This document shows positions 39,691 to 47,064 of a stretch of 47,064 nucleotides of DNA, piece by piece (position 1 is the stretch's first letter; each line of letters begins with the position of its first letter). A program made the position numbers and the translations under genes. This DNA comes from Capsulimonadales bacterium (GTDB lineage: Bacteria > Armatimonadota > Armatimonadia > Armatimonadales > Armatimonadaceae): assembly GCA_033762295.1 (NCBI GenBank), contig JANRLW010000076.1, positions 1-47,064 on the forward strand, written 5' to 3'. Under the pieces are notes generated by a model, which saw only the letters and a list, made by a program, of their open reading frames with translations, did not search any database and was not told where the DNA came from.

Positions 39691-41664
39691 CTACCCGCCC
39701 CAGAAGGAGTAAGGAACGACATCCAGATAGATGCCGATCAGATGCCACATACTGCCGACCAGCATCTGCCCGAGAATGAGTCCCAGGAAGAACGGCATGG
39801 CCTGGCGATAGGACCGTACTCCGCCGTAACGCAGTATCAACCCCTTCACGACCCAGGCGATCAGCAGGGGCGTCCAGACCAGATTGATCGACCAGGAGGA
39901 CGTGATCGCATATCCGATCGGGTGAAAGGGCCACCAGGGGAAGCGGATACGGGCGATCATCAGAAGGGAACAGAAGACGAAACCGACGCCGATCGCGCCG
40001 TTGGCGATCGGGTTCGGCGGTTGTGGCGTCTGTAGCCAGCCATTGAGACGGTTGAACGCCTCCGAAGCGAAGCCGGACCCCTGATTCCACTTGGCCTGCG
40101 TTCCCAGCGCATACGCCAAATGCAGATACGCCCAGAAACAGGACACCGTCCCGACCAGTGCGGCGAGCATTATTCCCCAGAAAGCGACCTTTTGATTCGC
40201 CCCGATCTGCTTCGCCGCCTTCAACTCCTCGATGGCGACCGGCTGCGGATGCGACCGATAGGCCCGGTTGAACCAGTAGAAGAAGGTCAGGCCGACCAGG
40301 TCCTTCTCGTTGAACGCGGGCGTTCCGAACGATCGGGGCAACAGATGATCCGGCCCGGTGAAGTGCAGGTCATGGACCGGCGGCCCCAGTTCGGCCCGCA
40401 GACGCGTGACCGCGACCGAGAGGGCAAAGTAGATCAGGAAGGCCGTTGCGGCGACCAGCCAGGACATTCCCGCCCACACCATAAAGAGAACCAGCCCGGC
40501 AAAGCAGATCAGAACGCCGATCGTCGCCTGCCGGTAGGTCAAACCCTCCGTCCGATCCTCGACATCGGACGGTTCCCCCCAGATTCGTCGCCAGATCTGT
40601 GCGAAGTAGTGCCGTCCGTTCCACACCATGAACACCAGAATGGCGATGAAACCGCCGTACGACTGCTCGCGCACGAACGGGAACTCCGGCACGACATCCA
40701 GAGCCAGCTGTTTCGAGACGATCAACTGAAACTTCCAGAACAGATAGAAGAACCAGCAGGAGAACAGCAGATCCAGTGGCAGCAGATACCCGAGGCCGAT
40801 CGCAAATGGGTAGAACGAATAACAGGTGAAGCCGACCGCATTCCAGGGATGGGTGCCGAAAACCCCCTGGTTGGTAATATCGGTATGCTTGATCGGGATG
40901 GCCGGAATCTGCGGATAGAAGTTGGCCAGTCCGTTGATGATCTCGACAATCGCGCAAAGTCCGAACCCGATCCAGAAAAGCGGGCTGCGCCAGAGGCGCG
41001 CGCCGGGTTCGGTCATCTGCATCGGGATCTCGATCACCGGGAAGGGCAGCCGTTCGCGATCCTGCCAGCCCTGACGTACCAGCACATTCAGACACTGCAT
41101 GGTCGCGAAGAGCAGCAGGATAAACAGGGTCCACAGCAGCGAGGGACGAATCCAGGCGACGTAGTTCTCCGGGCGATACAGGGAATCATGCCCCTGATAG
41201 TAGCCTTTGAGGACGTCCTCCTTGCCCTGAACCATCAGCCACTCGGGCAGGAAACGGCCGAAGCGATCCAGCCATCCGTTGGCGTCATTGGAGAACTGGT
41301 ACGGATGCCCCAGGTGCTGGATCAGCGAGGGAACACAGTCGTGGCCCGCCAGCGCCGCGCCGACCCCGACCATGCTGTAAATGAGCAACATCTCCGACTG
41401 GGACAGCGAGATACGCGGCGACAGCCGATGCAAAACGGCGTTGACGATCAACAAAGCCGTGAGGATGAAGAAGACGTTGGCGAACAGGGAAATGGTGGTG
41501 AAGTATGGCCCGTACCCCACCTTCTCGGCATATACCACCCAGAACGCATCGATGACAATCAGAGGAACGGCGATCGGGAAAGCCACCCACCAGCGCAACA
41601 GGGAGGGAGCGGGGAAGGGTCGGCGAGCGTTTTCGGGTTCGGAGGGGAGCGACGTCGTACTCAC
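39691..41664 (-). CDS. DUF6785/DUF6784-type polytopic membrane protein (putative transporter)
   Basis: Many hydrophobic segments; W..ERLPFP, GLGYLLPLDLLFSCWFFY, RLRAELG.P, PWWPFHPIGY, RYGG…PFFLGLILG. Confidence 0.75.
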   Translation of the reverse strand: MSTTSLPSEPENARRPFPAPSLLRWWVAFPIAVPLIVIDAFWVVYAEKVGYGPYFTTISLFANVFFILTALLIVNAVLHRLSPRISLSQSEMLLIYSMVGVGAALAGHDCVPSLIQHLGHPYQFSNDANGWLDRFGRFLPEWLMVQGKEDVLKGYYQGHDSLYRPENYVAWIRPSLLWTLFILLLFATMQCLNVLVRQGWQDRERLPFPVIEIPMQMTEPGARLWRSPLFWIGFGLCAIVEIINGLANFYPQIPAIPIKHTDITNQGVFGTHPWNAVGFTCYSFYPFAIGLGYLLPLDLLFSCWFFYLFWKFQLIVSKQLALDVVPEFPFVREQSYGGFIAILVFMVWNGRHYFAQIWRRIWGEPSDVEDRTEGLTYRQATIGVLICFAGLVLFMVWAGMSWLVAATAFLIYFALSVAVTRLRAELGPPVHDLHFTGPDHLLPRSFGTPAFNEKDLVGLTFFYWFNRAYRSHPQPVAIEELKAAKQIGANQKVAFWGIMLAALVGTVSCFWAYLHLAYALGTQAKWNQGSGFASEAFNRLNGWLQTPQPPNPIANGAIGVGFVFCSLLMIARIRFPWWPFHPIGYAITSSWSINLVWTPLLIAWVVKGLILRYGGVRSYRQAMPFFLGLILGQMLVGSMWHLIGIYLDVVPYSFWGG

Positions 41665-41733
41665 CCGCCCTATTTCGGCGGGTTCCCTCCGAACTCCTGC
41701 CTCGACCGCTCGTCCGACCGCTCGTCCGACCGC

Positions 41734-42372
41734 TCAGACCGCAGCGGAGGACGCCTCCGCCGCCTTTTTCCGGAGATAGTGCGCCGCCGCCTTCGCCCGA
41801 TTCCCGCAGGCCGTCATGCTGCACCAGCGGCGGGTATGGTTCTTCGTCGTGTCGTAAAAGTAGAGAACACAGTTCGGGTTCTCACATCGCCGGATCAGCG
41901 TCAGGTCCGCCTGACAGAGCAGCGCCTCGGCGGTCTGTGCCAGACGGCCGAGGAGGCATTCGGTCGTCGTGCAGGAGGACTGCTCCACAAACTGCGAAAT
42001 ATGACCGCCCTGCTCCGTCGCCCGCAACTGGTAACTGCCGGTGCGAAGACGAAGCCGTTCGTTGATCGCTTCCATCGATGCGTCCGCGACACGGCCCGTG
42101 CGAAGAATCTCGTCCAGTGTCCGACGCAATACCGCCCGAAACGCCCGCGCGGCGGTCAGCGTCGCGAACTCCTGCTCCGGCGAACGGTCCCAGACGGCGC
42201 GTATCCGCTCCCGTTCCCCCGCCTGCAACAGGTCCGCCTCCTGCAACCAGGTCAGAAGATCGTTCCCGGTGACGATCAGGTCCGTCGGCCGCCCGTGACG
42301 GACCACCTCCGTATTGACCCAGTCGATTCCCGGCAATCCGCCGACCCATACGAACAAACTTCCGTTCTCCAT
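41734..42372 (-). CDS. ABATE/CGNR zinc-finger putative transcriptional regulator
   Basis: DWVNT, RRCENPNC..YFYDTTKN..RRWCSM..CGNRAK. Confidence 0.93.
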   Translation of the reverse strand: MENGSLFVWVGGLPGIDWVNTEVVRHGRPTDLIVTGNDLLTWLQEADLLQAGERERIRAVWDRSPEQEFATLTAARAFRAVLRRTLDEILRTGRVADASMEAINERLRLRTGSYQLRATEQGGHISQFVEQSSCTTTECLLGRLAQTAEALLCQADLTLIRRCENPNCVLYFYDTTKNHTRRWCSMTACGNRAKAAAHYLRKKAAEASSAAV

Positions 42373-42380
42373 GGACTCAT

Positions 42381-42456
42381 TATAACCTTCAAAAAATTAT
42401 TTGACAAGTTATACGACCTCCTGTATAACCATTAATGATTGCTTTTCATGGTTATG
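42381..42456. promoter_or_regulatory. Divergent promoters with two tandem TATAAC-N21-GTTAT operator-like inverted repeats
   Basis: + strand TTGACA(42401)-17 nt-TATAAC(42424); - strand TATAAT at 42379-42384; inverted repeats at 42381-42413 and 42424-42456. Confidence 0.75.
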
Positions 42457-42468
42457 AAAGGAAGACCG

Positions 42469-42936
42469 ATGAACGCTGTACAACCCTCTCCCTCCGTATT
42501 TCAGACGGGACACGTCGGCCTGAATGTTACCGATATCGACCGTTCGGAACGGTTTTATCGTGCGGTTTTCGGTTTCGTCCCGATGGGCGCGAGCAATGAC
42601 CCGGAACGGCGTTTCCTGTTCCTGGGCGATGGCGACCGGCTTTTGATTACGCTCTGGCAGCAGAGCGAGGGCCGCTTCCCGACCGCCGAGCCGGGCCTCC
42701 ATCACCTCTCTTTCCGCGTCGAGAGTATCGAGGAGGTACGGGCGGCGGAGGAACGGGTCCGGTCGGCGGGGGGGACGCTCCGTCATGGCGGCATTGTTCC
42801 GCATCGGGAAGGGGCGCAGAGCGGCGGCATCTTCTTCGAGGATCCGGACGGTATCCGCCTGGAAATCTTCGCGCCGACCGGAGCGAGCGAGGGCGGCGCA
42901 CCCTACTCCGACGCGCCGACGTGCGGATTCTTCTGA
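42469..42936 (+). CDS. VOC/glyoxalase family protein
   Basis: GHVGLNVTDIDRS..FY, GLHHLSF, FFEDPDGIRLEI; AAGGAAG SD before ATG 42469. Confidence 0.92.
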   Translation: MNAVQPSPSVFQTGHVGLNVTDIDRSERFYRAVFGFVPMGASNDPERRFLFLGDGDRLLITLWQQSEGRFPTAEPGLHHLSFRVESIEEVRAAEERVRSAGGTLRHGGIVPHREGAQSGGIFFEDPDGIRLEIFAPTGASEGGAPYSDAPTCGFF

Positions 42937-42951
42937 GCCGGAGGAAAGACC

Positions 42952-43866
42952 ATGACTTTCGAATATCATCCGGGCGAACGTTCGGTACAGGATCGGGCCG
43001 GGGTCCGTTCGATGGCCGACCGCGTGGCGAACGGCATCCACTCCTCCATTCCCGAAGCGGCGGTCGCGTTCCTTTCCGAACGACGTTTTCTGCTTTTGGG
43101 AGGGGAGGATCGGCACGGGCAGGTTTGGACGAGCGTCCTGACCGGCCCGGCCGGATTCCTTCGAACCGTCACCCCCACCGAACTGAGGATCGATGCCGTC
43201 CTGCCGACCGACGATCCGCTGTTCGATCCGCTGTTCTCGTCCGGGGCGGACGGTGTCGCCCTCGGCGCTCTGGCGATCGATCCGGCGACACGCCGCCGGA
43301 TGCGCCTGAACGGACGCGCGTTCGTCGGACGGAACGGAATCACGATCCGCGCCGAACAGGTCTATGCCAACTGCCCGAAATATATACAAAAGCGGGAGGA
43401 AGCGCCGGTTTCCGTCGAGGGTCTTGTGACGACGAACCCCTCGGTCACCGAAACGCTCACTCCCGAACAGATGCGGCGGTGGCAGGCGACGGATACCTTT
43501 TTTATCGCGACGATCCATCCGCAGGGCGGAGCGGATGTCTCCCATCGCGGCGGGAATCCGGGGTTCGTACGGGTCGATCCCGACGGCCGCTCCCTGTACT
43601 GGCCCGACTACGCGGGTAACGCCATGTTCAACACGCTCGGCAATATTGAGGCCAATCCGGCGGCGGGCCTGCTGCTGATCGACTTCGACGGCAGCGGAGA
43701 CCTGCTTCGTTTGACCGGTACGGCGTCCCTGCTCTGGGACGACGAAGCGGAGCATCGGACGGGAGCGAGACGCGGCGTCCGGTTCGTTCCGAAACAGGTC
43801 GTCGATTCGCCCGCCGCGTTCCCGCTGCGCCACCGATTCCGGGATTATTCGCCGTTCAACCCGTAA
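42952..43866 (+). CDS. Pyridoxamine 5'-phosphate oxidase-like FMN-binding protein (duplicated domain)
   Basis: YHPGE..VQ.RAG, RRRMRLNG, YANCPKYIQ, DVSHRGGNPGFV, PDYAGNAMFNTLGN. Confidence 0.9.
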   Translation: MTFEYHPGERSVQDRAGVRSMADRVANGIHSSIPEAAVAFLSERRFLLLGGEDRHGQVWTSVLTGPAGFLRTVTPTELRIDAVLPTDDPLFDPLFSSGADGVALGALAIDPATRRRMRLNGRAFVGRNGITIRAEQVYANCPKYIQKREEAPVSVEGLVTTNPSVTETLTPEQMRRWQATDTFFIATIHPQGGADVSHRGGNPGFVRVDPDGRSLYWPDYAGNAMFNTLGNIEANPAAGLLLIDFDGSGDLLRLTGTASLLWDDEAEHRTGARRGVRFVPKQVVDSPAAFPLRHRFRDYSPFNP

Positions 43867-43881
43867 CGGCGATCGCCCGGC

Positions 43882-43909
43882 TTGCCCCTGTCCGTCTCCG
43901 TGTTATACT
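43882..43909 (+). promoter_or_regulatory. Promoter for ftsEX
   Basis: TTGCCC-16 nt-TATACT with extended -10 TG. Confidence 0.55.
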
Positions 43910-43945
43910 CAAAGGAATGAACTGCGTTCTCGGAGACGGAAGGGC

Positions 43946-44662
43946 ATGATCCATCTGACGGGAGTCAACGTCACCTATCGGAGCGGTGATGTGACGGCCC
44001 TGCATCATATTCATCTCCACGTTCCGCCCGGCGACTTTGTTTTTCTGGTCGGCCCGACCGGCGCCGGCAAATCGACCCTGCTCAAACTCCTGTACCACGA
44101 TATCGCGCCCACGAACGGAAACATTACCGTCGCCGGTTTCGATCTTACCCGTCTCCGCGCCCGGGATATTCCGCGCCTGCGCCGGAAGATGGGGATCGTG
44201 CTCCAGGATTACGGCCTCCTTCCCCAGCGAACGGTCTGGGAGAATATCGCTTTCGCCTGTCAGGTTCTCGGCCAGAGCCACCGCGAGATCCGCCGGAAAC
44301 TGCCCGAAGTGCTGGAACTCGTTCGTATGGGGCATCGTTGCGATGCCTTTCCCGGCGAGTTATCGGGCGGGGAACAACAGCGGGTCGCAATCGCCCGCGC
44401 CCTGGTCAATCAACCTCCGTTGCTGATCGCCGATGAACCGACCGGAAACCTCGACCCCGAAACCGGTGAGGGAATCCTGCAGGTGCTGGAGGAGGCCAAT
44501 CAGCGCGGCGCGACATTGATTGTCGCCACCCATGACAAGGCCGCCGTCGATCGGATGCGGAAACGAGTGGTCGCCCTTCGTGGCGGTCGGATTATCCGCG
44601 ACGAAACGAACGGCGCTTACGAATCGTCCGGCGTTCCGTCGTCCGGAGTCGGGGTGGTCTGA
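43946..44662 (+). CDS. ftsE: Cell division ATP-binding protein FtsE
   Basis: Walker A GPTGAGKST, LRRKMGIVLQD, LSGGEQQRVAIARA, ADEPTGNLD; adjacent to ftsX. Confidence 0.95.
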   Translation: MIHLTGVNVTYRSGDVTALHHIHLHVPPGDFVFLVGPTGAGKSTLLKLLYHDIAPTNGNITVAGFDLTRLRARDIPRLRRKMGIVLQDYGLLPQRTVWENIAFACQVLGQSHREIRRKLPEVLELVRMGHRCDAFPGELSGGEQQRVAIARALVNQPPLLIADEPTGNLDPETGEGILQVLEEANQRGATLIVATHDKAAVDRMRKRVVALRGGRIIRDETNGAYESSGVPSSGVGVV

Positions 44663-44699
44663 TGCGGAAACAAAAAAGGTTCCGGACCGGGGTGAACCC

Positions 44700-45596
44700 A
44701 TGCTAGAAGGTTTTCTCAGCTGGCTGCGTTCCGTAGGTTTCTCGATCGGCGAAGCGTTCGTCAACCTGCGACGCCACCGATTGATGACGGCGGCCGCCAT
44801 CACCACCATTGCCGTGACCCTGATTCTGGTCGGCTCGTTTCTGCTGACCTTTTATCAGGTCAAAACGGCGACCGATCGAGCCGCCAGCGAATTCGAAATG
44901 CGGGTCTTCTGCCGGGACACCGTCACCAAAGCGCAGGTGCCCGAAATCCGTCAGCGTATCCGTCAGATTCCGGGCGTCGCGACCGTGGAGTACACCTCCA
45001 GGGAACAGGCGTTCCGGGATTACACACACGATCTACCGATCGACGTGCGCGGTATCCCGAACAAATTCAGCGAGGAGTTCAAGGTGACGTTCGCCGACCC
45101 GAAAAAGGCGGGCGCGGTCGCGCGCGTCATCCGAGGCTGGCATGGCGATGTTCAGGAGGTCGCGCTTCCGGAAAAGGAGATGAGCGGCGTCCTGCGCATC
45201 ATCGCGTTTTTGCGGACCATCGGTTTTGTGACGGCGACCGTGCTTCTCTTCGGCGCCCTGGTCGTGGTCTCCAATACGATCCGTCTCTCGGTGTTCAGTC
45301 GGCGACGGGAGATCCGCATCATGCAGATTGTCGGAGCGGCCCCCTGGTTCATCCGTCTGCCGATGCTGCTGGAAGGGCTTATTCATGGTTTGCTGGGCGG
45401 GCTGGTCGCCAGCGCCTGCCTCTACGCCGTCGACCGTTCCGCACAGCGTCTCATCACGGATGTGATTCCGATGCTGGCTCGTTACTTTACCCGGGTCGAT
45501 ATGCTGCAGTTCGCGGTGGCGATCACGGGCGCGGGCGCGCTGATCGGGATGCTGGGTTCCCTGCTCTCGATTCGCCGCTACCTTCGCGCGATCTGA
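44700..45596 (+). CDS. ftsX: Cell division permease FtsX
   Basis: Four TM segments; SNTIRLSVFSRRREIRIMQIVGA..WFIRLP..LEG; start re-assigned to ATG 44700. Confidence 0.95.
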   Translation: MLEGFLSWLRSVGFSIGEAFVNLRRHRLMTAAAITTIAVTLILVGSFLLTFYQVKTATDRAASEFEMRVFCRDTVTKAQVPEIRQRIRQIPGVATVEYTSREQAFRDYTHDLPIDVRGIPNKFSEEFKVTFADPKKAGAVARVIRGWHGDVQEVALPEKEMSGVLRIIAFLRTIGFVTATVLLFGALVVVSNTIRLSVFSRRREIRIMQIVGAAPWFIRLPMLLEGLIHGLLGGLVASACLYAVDRSAQRLITDVIPMLARYFTRVDMLQFAVAITGAGALIGMLGSLLSIRRYLRAI

Positions 45597-45604
45597 CATT
45601 ACGC

Positions 45605-45640
45605 CCGGTCCCCCTTCCGCGTCTGCAAAAGGGGAACCGG
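45605..45640. terminator. Hairpin between convergent ftsX and the spondin gene
   Basis: CCGGTCCCCCTT…AAGGGGAACCGG; no clear U-tract. Confidence 0.4.
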
Positions 45641-45678
45641 CTGCCTTATTCGGCTGTCTTATCCCGTTCTCCGCCTCC

Positions 45679-46434
45679 CTACGCCTTTCGACGGCGGCGC
45701 AGCATTCCGGCGGGAACGAACAGTCCGAGCGCGATCAGTCCGACCGACGACGGTTCCGGCGCGGCGACCGAGATCGAGATCCGGGCGACCGGGTTGGTCC
45801 AGTTCCAGGATGCCGGAGCATCGACATCGCCCCGGATTCCGGTGTGTACCGTAATGACGCCGTTCTCCGGATCGCGACCGTTGCCGCCCCCCAGAGCGCC
45901 CAGGAAACCGGTCCGTTCGTTGTTGATCTCCGTTCCCGCGTCATACCCCATCAGATCGAACACGGTGGTCCCCGTCAGGCTGAACAGGTCGATGCTGTCC
46001 TGACCGGAAAAACCGTCGTTCGTCCAGCCCAGCATGAACGCGCTGGACAGAAACGGATGCGCGGCATCCGCCGCGATCTGAATCGTGACCGCCCCGCCCT
46101 GGGGCAACGGGGACGACAGCGGGGTTACCAGGTTGAGAACACCCGCGCCGACCAGCGGCTGCAGGTCGGAAACCAGGACCGTCCGGTTGCCCGCTTCCGC
46201 GATCCGCTCGATCCCGAGCGATGCCGCGCTTCCGAGCGTCCAGAGATCGACCGTGTTGTCGTGGGTCGCGAACACGGGCGGGGAGAAGGGCTGACCGCTG
46301 TTCGGAGCGGTCGAGGTGAGATTGGTGAGGGTGATGTTGTAGATTCGGGTTTGCGCTTCCGCTTTCGGAGCCAGCGCAGCGGTGAAGATGGCAAAAATGG
46401 CTCCTGCCACCATACACGAGCGACGTCCTGTCAT
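45679..46434 (-). CDS. Spondin-domain protein with PEP-CTERM sorting signal
   Basis: Signal peptide; QPFSPPV, IAEAGN, TNDGF, YDAGTE.N; C-terminal APEP-TM-RRRRK; AAGGA SD before ATG 46434. Confidence 0.9.
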   Translation of the reverse strand: MTGRRSCMVAGAIFAIFTAALAPKAEAQTRIYNITLTNLTSTAPNSGQPFSPPVFATHDNTVDLWTLGSAASLGIERIAEAGNRTVLVSDLQPLVGAGVLNLVTPLSSPLPQGGAVTIQIAADAAHPFLSSAFMLGWTNDGFSGQDSIDLFSLTGTTVFDLMGYDAGTEINNERTGFLGALGGGNGRDPENGVITVHTGIRGDVDAPASWNWTNPVARISISVAAPEPSSVGLIALGLFVPAGMLRRRRKA

Positions 46435-46594
46435 TAACTGTTCCTTTGTGGTCACCGGATTTTGGAAAGTGACTCGCCCGGAGTACAAACCGGGCGGGCG
46501 ATAAGTTCGGACGCCGCGAGAAATTTTCGAAATAATCAGGGAAACAGGAGAAGCGATACACGAGAGAGGGGCAACCCGACCATAGAAACACTTT

Positions 46595-46622
46595 GGTCGG
46601 GCTGATTGCGCTCAGCCCGACC
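46595..46622. terminator. Perfect 11-bp stem-loop downstream of the Gly-rich gene
   Basis: GGTCGGGCTGA-TTGCGC-TCAGCCCGACC. Confidence 0.55.
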
Positions 46623-46643
46623 GAGGACAGTTACGGAGCGGCA

Positions 46644-47063
46644 TTAGAATCCGCGACCGCCACCGAAGCCACCGCCGAAACCACCACCGCCGAAACCACC
46701 ACCACCGAGGCCACCGCCACCGAAGCCGCCGCCACCGCCGCCGAAGCCTCCACCACCAAAACCGCCGCCACCGAGGCCGCCGCCACCGAGGCCACCGCCA
46801 CCGAAACCTCCACCACCGAAGCCGCCGCCACCCAGGCCGCCGCCACCGAAACCACCGCCGCCGAGGCCGCCGCCACCGAAGCCGCCGCCACCGCCGCCGC
46901 TTCCGCCACGGACGTTAAACTGGATGAAGGTGATCGGGCCGATCACCGCCGACAGGTCCGCCGGGTCCACGTACACCAGCTGGATCGTCTCCAGAGGCTG
47001 GTACACCCGGTCGTTGCGGTTGTCCTCCGGCGGGGCCGGGGGAGGAGCCGCGTTGGTCGTCGT
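46644..47063 (-). CDS. C-terminal part of a protein (runs off the right edge) with a secretin-N/NolW-like segment and a (GGGG[F/L])n tail
   Basis: Frame open to the window edge (TTTNAAPPPAPPEDNRNDRVYQPLETIQLVYVDPADLSAVIG…); ~85-residue Gly/Phe/Leu repeat tail. Confidence 0.7.
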   Translation of the reverse strand, partial: TTTNAAPPPAPPEDNRNDRVYQPLETIQLVYVDPADLSAVIGPITFIQFNVRGGSGGGGGGFGGGGLGGGGFGGGGLGGGGFGGGGFGGGGLGGGGLGGGGFGGGGFGGGGGGFGGGGLGGGGFGGGGFGGGFGGGRGF

Positions 47064-47064
47064 C

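Noticed and set aside
41703..41742. 12-bp tandem repeat (CGACCGCTCGTC x2 plus a partial copy) at the CGNR stop
   Set aside because: Short slippage-type duplication with no spacers; no evidence of function.
40120..42435. 771-aa + strand ORF
   Set aside because: Antisense to the membrane protein and CGNR genes, which carry clear family motifs.
46631..46909. Ala/Val/Ser-rich 92-aa ORF
   Set aside because: Alternative frame of the Gly-rich repeat.
1..47064. tRNA, rRNA, transposase, integrase or prophage genes
   Set aside because: None recognised anywhere in the window.

Overview
High-GC bacterial chromosomal window, probably Armatimonadota (inferred from an APEP-type PEP-CTERM protein, a DUF6785-type membrane protein, a Gly-rich secretin-N-like tail and lineage-specific RpoB/RpoC inserts). 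It opens inside a CRISPR array with a 37-bp repeat (GTGGCATCCGGTCTTCGGGCCGGATGAGGATTGAAAC): 16 full copies plus one partial, with no cas genes in the window. The trailer end of the array is interrupted by ~367 bp carrying a protein-coding ORF whose last codons and stop are supplied by a degenerate repeat, followed by one more spacer and a degenerate terminal repeat. This is the most unusual feature. The rest is mostly housekeeping and metabolism: Uma2 nuclease, dnaE (G-rich triple repeat in its leader, mosaic codon usage), pyruvate kinase, rpoBC divergent from greA, an orphan DarT-like ADP-ribosyltransferase, topA, phytoene synthase, metF, M16 peptidase, Ppx/GppA, a secreted beta-propeller, rhamnose catabolism genes, dacB, rsmI, a CGNR regulator/VOC/PNPOx-like locus, ftsEX and a PEP-CTERM spondin protein. 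Several promoters, operators, an attenuator and leaderless starts are visible. All product calls come from motif recognition by eye; no database searches were run.
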